NCBI GenBank assembly: GCA_964646945.1
Contig: CAZYIL010000003.1
Span: forward strand, 1-42,895
DNA: 42,895 nt
Source of the DNA: an uncultured Marinoscillum sp.
Lineage (GTDB): Bacteria > Bacteroidota > Bacteroidia > Cytophagales > MED-G16
Direction: 5' to 3'
Of the stretch, positions 1 to 7,627 are shown piece by piece. A model generated the notes under the pieces. That model searched no databases and had not been told where the DNA came from. It saw nothing but the letters and a program-made list of their open reading frames with translations. The first letter of the stretch is position 1. Every line of letters starts with the position of its first letter. The position numbers and the translations under genes were made by a program.

Positions 1-1107
1 CAAATTCCTTCAGGTATTTTCAGCAAAAATGAAATTAATATTATTGGGAATGGAGTTGTTCTTGATCCAATAATTTTTAAAAATGAAGTAGAACAAATCC
101 ATAAGAAATTTGAAATCGAATTATTTTCTAATCTTCATATATCAAATAAAGTGCAAATAATTACTCCTTCTCATAGATTTGCTGATAATATTTTAGAAAA
201 AGAAAAAGGAGATAAAAAAATCGGTTCTACCCTTAGAGGGATAGGTCCAACTTATCAAGATAAAATAGGCAGACACGGTTTAAGAGTTGGAGATATTACT
301 TATGATAATTTTAAAAAAAAATATAATAATCAGAAAAAAATGCATTCATATCTTTTTAAAAAGGTTAAAGACATTGATTTTGATAAAGAAGAAAAAAAAT
401 TTTTTAGTGCCATCAATTTTCTTAAAAAATTTAATTTAACAGATACAGAATATCTTATCAATAAGAATTTAATCAATGGAAAAAATGTTCTGGCAGAAGG
501 GGCGCAAGGGACTTTATTAGATATTGATTTTGGCAGTTATCCTTATGTTACATCTTCAAACACTACCACTGCAGGAGCTTGTATTGGATTAGGAGTTTCT
601 CCCAAAAATGTTGGCAATGTTTATGGCGTTTTTAAAGCATATTGTACTAGGGTTGGAAAAGGGCCATTTCCCACTGAGCTATTTGATCAAAAAGGGAAAG
701 AGATTGCAAAAAGAGGGAATGAGTATGGTTCTACAACAGGTAGACTAAGAAGATGTGGTTGGTTAGATATTTTGGCTTTAAAATATGCTGTAATGTTGAA
801 TGGAGTAACTGAATTATTTATGATGAAAGCAGATGTTTTATCCGGGTTTGATACTGTTTATGTGTGTACAAAGTATCTATTTAATGGCAAAGAAATTGAT
901 TACTTTCCATCAACAATTGGTGATTCTACATTAAAACCAATTTTTAAATCTTTTAGAGGTTGGAAAATGAATATTTCAAATTGTAAGAAATCATCTGATT
1001 TTCCAAAAGAACTAATTGAATACATTAATTTTATAGAAAATAATCTCCAATTACCAATTAAACTAGTTTCTTTAGGCCCGGATAGAAAACAAACAATTTT
1101 GATGTGA
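1..1107 (+). CDS. purA: Adenylosuccinate synthetase (5'-truncated by window edge)
   Basis: Frame is open from base 1 (QIPSGIF...IGNGVVLDP). Motifs IGSTLRGIGPTYQDK, EGAQGTLLDIDFGSYPYVTSS, EYGSTTGRLRRCGWLD, SLGPDR. Confidence 0.97.
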   Translation, partial: QIPSGIFSKNEINIIGNGVVLDPIIFKNEVEQIHKKFEIELFSNLHISNKVQIITPSHRFADNILEKEKGDKKIGSTLRGIGPTYQDKIGRHGLRVGDITYDNFKKKYNNQKKMHSYLFKKVKDIDFDKEEKKFFSAINFLKKFNLTDTEYLINKNLINGKNVLAEGAQGTLLDIDFGSYPYVTSSNTTTAGACIGLGVSPKNVGNVYGVFKAYCTRVGKGPFPTELFDQKGKEIAKRGNEYGSTTGRLRRCGWLDILALKYAVMLNGVTELFMMKADVLSGFDTVYVCTKYLFNGKEIDYFPSTIGDSTLKPIFKSFRGWKMNISNCKKSSDFPKELIEYINFIENNLQLPIKLVSLGPDRKQTILM

Positions 1108-1137
1108 GAGATTATTAATTAAGTCTAATAATTTCTT

Positions 1138-1145
1138 TATATTTG
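1138..1145 (+). promoter_or_regulatory. Bacteroidota -7 promoter box (TAnnTTTG) for the repeat-protein gene
   Basis: TATATTTG matches the consensus and lies in the intergenic region about 120 nt upstream of ATG 1266. Confidence 0.55.
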
Positions 1146-1156
1146 TATACTTTTTG

Positions 1157-1222
1157 AAATTATTTTATAATCGAATAATGATTTGTGTTTTGTTATCGTT
1201 AAACTCTATTATAAAATAATTT
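1157..1222 (+). repeat. Perfect 15-bp inverted repeat / long 5'-UTR stem-loop
   Basis: AAATTATTTTATAAT (1157-1171) is the exact reverse complement of ATTATAAAATAATTT (1208-1222). An inner stem 1172-1181/1190-1198 can form with G-U pairs. Confidence 0.6.
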
Positions 1223-1265
1223 TTTAAATTTTTTTTTAATTTAATTAATTATAAATATAAATATT

Positions 1266-2315
1266 ATGAAAAGAGTACATGATAAATTAAATATTTTGAT
1301 TGTTTGCACTGTGGTAGCGATTGCTGCAGTTGGTTATCTTCTTATACAAACAGGAACTATTGATCCAACTATGGCTTCAGGTTCTGGTATAACAAGTATT
1401 AAAAAAGCTGAAAAGTATTCTAAAAAGAATACTGTTGAAGTAGAATTAGAAGGTGAAGAAATGCAAGAAGTTTTGCAGAACGAAAACTTCATGAGTATGA
1501 TTGGATCACCTGAATTTGCTAAACTAGTTGAAAACGATGAATTTTTAAAAGTTCTTGACGATCCTGTGTTTAGCATTGTAGCTGATGTATTGGGAAATGG
1601 TGAATTAATGAGTAATGAACCTTTGACATCTCAAGGAAGAGACGGTGGAGGATTAGGGAAGGATTTAAGAGAAGGAACAGTAGGAGGTACTGGTGCAGAT
1701 TTTAACCCAGACAGAGGTGCTGCAGGTGGTGGTGTTAGAGATGGTAATACTCATATCTCTCAATCAGGTGGTGAAAACTTTGGTCCTGACAATATTTCTA
1801 ATTCAGGAGGAAAAGGTCCAGGAAAACTTCTTATGAAAATGGGAGAATTTCAAAAATTCTTGAAAGGAGCTGATTTTCAAAAGTTTGCTAATAGAGCTGA
1901 ATTTCAAAAGTTCATGAAAAGTGGAGCTGATTTTTCAAAATTTGCGAAAGATGCTGCATTTCAAAAATTTCAGAAAGGAGCTGATTTTCAAAAATTTCAA
2001 AAAGGAGCTAATTTTCAAAAATTCATGAAAGATGCTACTTTACAAAAATTCATGAAAGGAGCTGATCTTCAAAAGTTTGCTAAAGGAGCTGATCTTCAAA
2101 AGTTTGCTAAAGGAGCTGCTTTTGCAAAATTTGCTAAAAATCAAGACTTTATGAAGTTCATGAAAGGAGCTGATTTTCAAAAATTTATGAAAAGTGGAGC
2201 TTACGATAATTTTGATAATGGAGCTTCTTTTCAAAAATTCATGAAAGGCGCTGATTTTCAAAAATTCATGAAAGGCGCTGAATTCCAAAAATTTCAGAAA
2301 GGCGCTGTAGAGTAA
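1266..2315 (+). CDS. Hypothetical N-terminally anchored/secreted protein with 9-aa tandem repeats (KGADFQKFM)
   Basis: 349-aa ORF. N-terminal hydrophobic segment (LNILIVCTVVAIAAVGYLLI), acidic 9-aa-periodic block, Gly-rich linker, about 17 basic 9-aa repeats. Has its own promoter box and terminator. Confidence 0.9.
   Translation: MKRVHDKLNILIVCTVVAIAAVGYLLIQTGTIDPTMASGSGITSIKKAEKYSKKNTVEVELEGEEMQEVLQNENFMSMIGSPEFAKLVENDEFLKVLDDPVFSIVADVLGNGELMSNEPLTSQGRDGGGLGKDLREGTVGGTGADFNPDRGAAGGGVRDGNTHISQSGGENFGPDNISNSGGKGPGKLLMKMGEFQKFLKGADFQKFANRAEFQKFMKSGADFSKFAKDAAFQKFQKGADFQKFQKGANFQKFMKDATLQKFMKGADLQKFAKGADLQKFAKGAAFAKFAKNQDFMKFMKGADFQKFMKSGAYDNFDNGASFQKFMKGADFQKFMKGAEFQKFQKGAVE
1836..2312 (+). 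repeat. Imperfect 27-nt coding tandem repeat, about 17 copies (consensus AAA GGA GCT GAT TTT CAA AAA TTC ATG)
   Basis: Units read directly: KMGEFQKFL, KGADFQKFA, NRAEFQKFM, KSGADFSKFA, KDAAFQKFQ, KGADFQKFQ, KGANFQKFM, KDATLQKFM, KGADLQKFA x2, KGAAFAKFA, KNQDFMKFM, KGADFQKFM, KSGAYDNFD, NGASFQKFM, KGADFQKFM, KGAEFQKFQ. Confidence 0.95.
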
Positions 2316-2336
2316 TAGTTATTATTATTTGTTTTT

Positions 2337-2376
2337 AAAAAGGGAGAAAATAAGAATATTTTCTCCTTTTTTTTTT
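2337..2376 (+). terminator. Rho-independent terminator after the repeat-protein gene
   Basis: AAAAAGGGAGAAAATA-AGAA-TATTTTCTCCTTTT hairpin followed by a T-run, about 21 nt after the stop codon. Confidence 0.88.
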
Positions 2377-2405
2377 ATCTTCATGATACAAAATATTTTG
2401 AAGTG

Positions 2406-5400
2406 ATGAAAAAGTTCTTTATTCTAATTTTCTTTTCGATTCTTTTCAGTTTTAATTCTTTATTTTCTCAATTAAATAAGTTAGAGATTTCTGATTTTCA
2501 TATAGTTACTCTTAGTTTTGCTCATTCTCACATTCTACCACATGCTGCTCGATGTGCTCATAATGCACTTAATTTTCATAGAAAATTATTTGATTATGAA
2601 CCTAGAGAGAAAATCTATGTTATGATACAAGATTTCGGTGATTATGGAAATGGTGGTGCAACTTCCTTACCTAATAACATGGTTTCAACGTGTATTTCTC
2701 CTATGAATTACGCTTTTGAATCCAGTGTTGCTGGGGAAAGAGTATTTGCTATCATGAATCATGAACTTGTACATATTACAGCCTTAGATAATTATTCCAA
2801 TACTGATGTTTTCTATAGAAATCTTTTTGGTGGAAAGGTTAGAAATACAAATGATCATCCTATCTCTATGTTATACAGTTATCTTACCAATCCAAGATAT
2901 TATTCTCCTAGATGGTTTCATGAGGGTATTGCTGTATTTGTTGAAACTTGGATGGATGCCGGTACTGGTAACGCTCTTGGTAACTACGATGAAATGTTTT
3001 TTAGAACTAGAACATTTGAAAATTCTAGAATTTATTCTGCTCAAGGTTTGGAATCAGAAGGAACTTCAGCAGATTTCATGTCTAAAGCTAATTCTTATTA
3101 TTATGGAACTAGATTTATGAGTTATGTTGCTTATGAGTATGGACCTGATAATCTAATAGAATGGATAAAAAGAAAAGATGGAAGTAAACGTGGATTTGCT
3201 TCAAACTTTAAAAATGTTTTTGGTTTATCAATAAGTAAAGCTTGGAATAATTGGATCGATTTTGAAAGATCTTTTCAGAAAAAAAATATAGAGGGACTTA
3301 AAAAATATTCTGTAACGGAATATGAAAAAGTGACAGAAAGAGTTCTTGGAGGTGTTTCATATGCTTTTCATGATAAAAAAAAAAATAAAATTTATGTTGC
3401 TGTTAATTATCCTGGAAAAATACCACACATAGCAAGTATAAATTTACTAACGGGAGAAATTGATAGATTAAAGGATGTTAAAGGTCCTGCCCTTTTCAAT
3501 GTTACTTCGCTTGCTTATGATGAAAAAAATGATTTATTATTTTATACAACTGATAACAGTGCAAATAGAGATTTAAACAGTTATAATTTAAAAACAAAAG
3601 AATCTATATTATTACAAAAGGATTGTCATATTGGAGATTTAGCTTTTAACAAAAAAGATGAATCTATATGGGGAGTTAGACATCTGAATGGATATAATAC
3701 CATCGTGAGAATGCCAAAATACAATTCTGAATTTCCAAACGATTATTATATCAATTGGGAACAAAAATATACTTTACCTTATGGTCAAGATATTTTTGAT
3801 ATAGATGTATCACCTGATGGTCAAAAGCTTAGTGGAGCAGTTACTGATTATTTTGGAAATCAATATCTTAATATCTATGACATAGAATCGTTTGATAATG
3901 AAAATAAAGATGACATCATTTATAAAGAAGTTTTTAATTTTGATGTGGCTTCTCCACAAAGTTTTAGATATACAGAAAATGGAGATTTTTTGATAGGATC
4001 TTCATATTATACTGGTGTAAGCAATATATGGAGAGTTAATACAAAAACTTATGAAGCTGATGACATTAATCTAATGTCTAATGCTATTACTGGATATTTT
4101 AGACCTTTAGAAATTGATTCTGATAGATTATTTGCTTTTAAGTATACCAGTGATGGCTTCCTTCCTGTTTATATACCTAACATAATCATTGAAAATATTG
4201 AAACGATTCAATATTTAGGAAATGAAACAATTAAAAAACATTCTAAACTTGAGGAATGGGAAAATGCTATACCTACTTCAAAGAATGTTAATTTAGATGA
4301 AATAACTGTTGATGATGGTTATTATTTACCTAGAAAAGAAATGAAATTAAATTATGCTTATCCAATTGTTATAGGGTATAAGGATAATGTTGGTGTAGGG
4401 TATAAGTTTAATTTTGAAGATCCATTCAGCTTAAGATCTATTGATTTTTCTTTTTCATTCACACCAACAAAATGGAAAAATGGATTAAGTGATGGAAGTG
4501 TTGATATTGAGAAAGATGAACAATTGCATGCTTCTTTCAATTTTTCAACTAGTAAAGCAGGAGGCTTTTTGTCTGGAAATTATGATTTCTTTGCTCATTA
4601 TAATAAGGATAATTTTTATGATTTATTTGGTCCAACAAAAAGATCTAGAAAAGGATTATTATTTGGGTTTAACAATAGAAGATCTTTAGTTTTTGATGGT
4701 CCTAAAAACTTGGATTTAAGTCTTGGGTTTAGGGGTTTTTATGGCTTAGATCAATCTCCAGATTTTCAGCAGATTGATAATTTTGATAAGGACTATGATA
4801 CTAATCTATTTTATGATATTTTTTCCTCTCTGTCATTTAGAAATATAAGGAGATCAGTGGGAGCTGTGGATGGAGAGAAGGGTATTCTTATGTCTGTAAC
4901 TGGTTCTTCTTCGATTACTGAGGGAGCTTTTTATCCTACCTTTACAGGAAATTTTGATTTAGGGTTACAACTACCTATTAATCATACATCTCTTTGGCTT
5001 AGAAATGCTGCTGGTAATTCATTTAGTAAAGAGGTAAATCCTTTTTCAAGATTTGGATTTGCTGCTTTTGGAAACAATTATATCGACTATCTATCTTCAA
5101 AACGGTATAGGGGTACGTATTCTTTTCCAGGTGTGAGTTTTGATTCCGGAGAAAACATTATTGCTAAAACATTTTATAAGCTCACTGCAGAGTTATTGCT
5201 TCCTCCAGTAAGGTATAGAAAAGTTGGTTTTTTTAATTTCTTCGCATCTTGGTCTCATCCTACAATTTTTGCAGGATTTCTTACTGCAAAAGATATTAAT
5301 ATTTCTGGAATAGATATTAAAGAAAATTTTTATAATATTGGAATTCAGTTAGATACAAGGTTGGTGATGTTTTCTCACCTAGCTTCAACTTTATCAGTTG

Positions 5401-5474
5401 GTTGGGCAAGAGCATATGATATGGAAAATTCTAATAAATCTTATGATGAATGGATGATATCGTTAAAGTTTTAA
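2406..5474 (+). CDS. Outer-membrane protein: gluzincin (HEXXH) peptidase + TolB/WD40-like beta-propeller + C-terminal Omp85-like beta-barrel
   Basis: Signal peptide ending LFS-Q. HELVH (nt 2760-2774) with downstream PRWFHEGIAVF. Central propeller-like blades (DIDVSPDGQKLSG, SFRYTENGDFLIG). Amphipathic strands in the last ~380 aa ending in a beta-signal WMISLKF. ATG 2406 preferred over GTG 2403. Confidence 0.75.
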   Translation: MKKFFILIFFSILFSFNSLFSQLNKLEISDFHIVTLSFAHSHILPHAARCAHNALNFHRKLFDYEPREKIYVMIQDFGDYGNGGATSLPNNMVSTCISPMNYAFESSVAGERVFAIMNHELVHITALDNYSNTDVFYRNLFGGKVRNTNDHPISMLYSYLTNPRYYSPRWFHEGIAVFVETWMDAGTGNALGNYDEMFFRTRTFENSRIYSAQGLESEGTSADFMSKANSYYYGTRFMSYVAYEYGPDNLIEWIKRKDGSKRGFASNFKNVFGLSISKAWNNWIDFERSFQKKNIEGLKKYSVTEYEKVTERVLGGVSYAFHDKKKNKIYVAVNYPGKIPHIASINLLTGEIDRLKDVKGPALFNVTSLAYDEKNDLLFYTTDNSANRDLNSYNLKTKESILLQKDCHIGDLAFNKKDESIWGVRHLNGYNTIVRMPKYNSEFPNDYYINWEQKYTLPYGQDIFDIDVSPDGQKLSGAVTDYFGNQYLNIYDIESFDNENKDDIIYKEVFNFDVASPQSFRYTENGDFLIGSSYYTGVSNIWRVNTKTYEADDINLMSNAITGYFRPLEIDSDRLFAFKYTSDGFLPVYIPNIIIENIETIQYLGNETIKKHSKLEEWENAIPTSKNVNLDEITVDDGYYLPRKEMKLNYAYPIVIGYKDNVGVGYKFNFEDPFSLRSIDFSFSFTPTKWKNGLSDGSVDIEKDEQLHASFNFSTSKAGGFLSGNYDFFAHYNKDNFYDLFGPTKRSRKGLLFGFNNRRSLVFDGPKNLDLSLGFRGFYGLDQSPDFQQIDNFDKDYDTNLFYDIFSSLSFRNIRRSVGAVDGEKGILMSVTGSSSITEGAFYPTFTGNFDLGLQLPINHTSLWLRNAAGNSFSKEVNPFSRFGFAAFGNNYIDYLSSKRYRGTYSFPGVSFDSGENIIAKTFYKLTAELLLPPVRYRKVGFFNFFASWSHPTIFAGFLTAKDINISGIDIKENFYNIGIQLDTRLVMFSHLASTLSVGWARAYDMENSNKSYDEWMISLKF

Positions 5475-5485
5475 ACTAAAAATAA

Positions 5486-6262
5486 ATGAAACATATTTTT
5501 GTAAAAAGCATTTCTGGTACAATTATGGTAACCCTTCTTTATTTGGTCTTATTTTATCCACTTGTTTTAATTCATAGGTTTGATTGGTATGATTTAATGT
5601 TAGTTACCCTATCTATCAGTCCAGGTATTTTTATTATGTTTTTCATATATCATTCTGATGAATATGATAAAGAACCAGTAAGTCTTCTTGCGACAAGTTT
5701 CATCATGGGAGCAATGAATTTGCATTTAGATGTAGATATACTTGAATTTTTCTTTTCATATATTAATGTAGAAAATAACTTTCTTAGAGTAGGAGGTGAG
5801 GCCTTAACAGTCTCTATTACGGAAGAAATGTTAAAATTTTTGGTTGTAATATTAATTATTTTTCCAAATAAAAGCTTTGATGAACCTTTTGATGGGATAG
5901 TGTATTCAGTATTTGTTGGAATGGGATTTGCAACGGCTGAGAATATAACTTATGTACTACAAGGATCTTCAACAGTAGCTCTTTTTAGAATGATAACAGC
6001 AGTTCCAGCTCATTTTGCTTTTGCTGTTATTATGGGTTACTACTTAGGTAAAGCCAAGACTTGTAATCAGGGTAAAATGTGGTTTTATATATTTTTATCT
6101 TTGTTTGTTTCTATTTTCATGCATGCCATTTATGATTATTTTTTATTTTTAGATTTTGTTCCTGGTATATGGTTAGGTGGAATAATTACATTGGGAGTTG
6201 CTATTCTGTTTTCTAGAATGGCAATTATAGAACATCTTGAAGCTTCTCCTTTTAAAAAATAA
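5486..6262 (+). CDS. prsW: PrsW-family intramembrane metalloprotease
   Basis: DEYDKEP, EEMLK, FDEPFDGIVY, GMGFATAEN, AVPAH and HAIYD motifs; multiple TM segments. Confidence 0.88.
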   Translation: MKHIFVKSISGTIMVTLLYLVLFYPLVLIHRFDWYDLMLVTLSISPGIFIMFFIYHSDEYDKEPVSLLATSFIMGAMNLHLDVDILEFFFSYINVENNFLRVGGEALTVSITEEMLKFLVVILIIFPNKSFDEPFDGIVYSVFVGMGFATAENITYVLQGSSTVALFRMITAVPAHFAFAVIMGYYLGKAKTCNQGKMWFYIFLSLFVSIFMHAIYDYFLFLDFVPGIWLGGIITLGVAILFSRMAIIEHLEASPFKK

Positions 6263-6313
6263 TTTTTTTTCTAGGATTAACACTAGGTTATTATGAATTA
6301 TCAAAATATATTA

Positions 6314-6321
6314 TAATTTTG
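6314..6321 (+). promoter_or_regulatory. Bacteroidota -7 promoter box upstream of pyrC-like gene
   Basis: TAATTTTG about 22 nt before ATG 6344. Confidence 0.5.
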
Positions 6322-6343
6322 TGCAAATATTTTCGAACCGTTA

Positions 6344-7615
6344 ATGTCTTTAATTCTAAAATCGTTATTAGTTTTTGATTTAAACTCAGACTTTAATTCT
6401 AAAAAAGTAAATATTTTAATAGGAAATGATGGTAACATAAAAAAGATTAGTTCCCATTCAATCAAAACTTCAGCTACTAAAACTATAGATTGTAATGGGA
6501 TGATGGTTTCTCCTGGATGGTTTGATTTTAGATCTAATTTTTGTGATCCAGGATATGAACATAAGGAGGATTTAATTTCTGGTTCTTATACAGCAGCTTG
6601 TTCTGGGTTTACAGATATACTTCTTATGCCTAATACTAATCCGGTTTTGCAATCAAAAAATGATATTTCATATGTCAAGAACAAAACATTAAATGAACTC
6701 ACTTCTGTACATCCTTGTGCTGCTCTTACAAAAAACACTGATGGGATAGAATTAAATGAGATTTTAGACCTTGATAAAGCAGGTGCGATTGCTTTTACTG
6801 ATGGAGAGAAAGAAATTCAAAATTCTGATATTTTGTATAAATCTTTGCTTTATATGAATCAATTTGATGGATTATTAATAAATAAACCTAGGGATTATAA
6901 CCTTTCCAAACTTGGAATGGTAAATGAAGGAATCAGTAGCACGCTAACAGGTATTCAAGGCATCCCAAATATTGCAGAGGAGATAATGATAAAAAGAGAT
7001 TTATCTATCTTAAAATATTCGGGGGGAAAAATTCATTTTTCTGGTATATCAACCAAATCGTCTGTTGATATAATCAGAAAAGCTAAAGCTGAAGGGTTAA
7101 ATGTCTCATGTGATGTTTCAATTTATAATGTATTATTGGATGATAGTTCAATATTAAATTTTGAAACCAATTATAAATTAGATCCTCCTTTAAGAACAAA
7201 AAAAGATATAGATGCTTTAATAGATGGTTTAATAGATGGTACTATAGACGTAATTTCTTCTTATCATCAACCTCAAAATATAGAAAACAAAGATGTTGAA
7301 TTTTATTCTGCTAGATATGGAATGATTTCACTTCAAACATTTTTTAGCAATATCTTAATATTATCTAATAAAATAGATCTAGAATTACTCATTCCAAAAT
7401 TTACAACAAACCCTAGAAAAATATTAAACTTACCAGAAAGAGTTATTAAGATAGGTTCTCCAGCTTTATTAACCATTTTTGATAAGAACTCTTCATGGGA
7501 TTATAATATAGAAAATAATTTATCGAAATCTTATAATTCACCTTGGTTAGATTGGTCTTTAAGAGGAATGGTATTTGGAGTCGTAAATTCTAAAAAATCG
7601 ATATTTAATCATTAA
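6344..7615 (+). CDS. pyrC: Dihydroorotase-family protein with degenerate metal ligands
   Basis: PGYEHKED, MPNTNP, KLDPPLR, DGTID and SKSYNSPW motifs of long-type DHOase. HxH is replaced by RSN and TDHAP by SYHQP. Confidence 0.8.
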   Translation: MSLILKSLLVFDLNSDFNSKKVNILIGNDGNIKKISSHSIKTSATKTIDCNGMMVSPGWFDFRSNFCDPGYEHKEDLISGSYTAACSGFTDILLMPNTNPVLQSKNDISYVKNKTLNELTSVHPCAALTKNTDGIELNEILDLDKAGAIAFTDGEKEIQNSDILYKSLLYMNQFDGLLINKPRDYNLSKLGMVNEGISSTLTGIQGIPNIAEEIMIKRDLSILKYSGGKIHFSGISTKSSVDIIRKAKAEGLNVSCDVSIYNVLLDDSSILNFETNYKLDPPLRTKKDIDALIDGLIDGTIDVISSYHQPQNIENKDVEFYSARYGMISLQTFFSNILILSNKIDLELLIPKFTTNPRKILNLPERVIKIGSPALLTIFDKNSSWDYNIENNLSKSYNSPWLDWSLRGMVFGVVNSKKSIFNH

Positions 7616-7627
7616 ATTAAATTTTTT

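Noticed and set aside
1266-1350. Lipoprotein signal at LIVC in the repeat protein
   Set aside because: The Cys lies early in the hydrophobic stretch, -1 is Val, and hydrophobicity continues for about 13 residues, so a TM anchor or SPI signal fits better.
2040-2288. Minus-strand 82-aa ORF with KISAFHEFL repeats
   Set aside because: Antisense shadow of the repeat gene; a stop-free unit repeated in tandem produces it automatically.
1836-2312. 27-nt direct repeats as a CRISPR array
   Set aside because: Repeats are contiguous with no unique spacers, stay in frame, vary at synonymous positions, and no cas genes are present.
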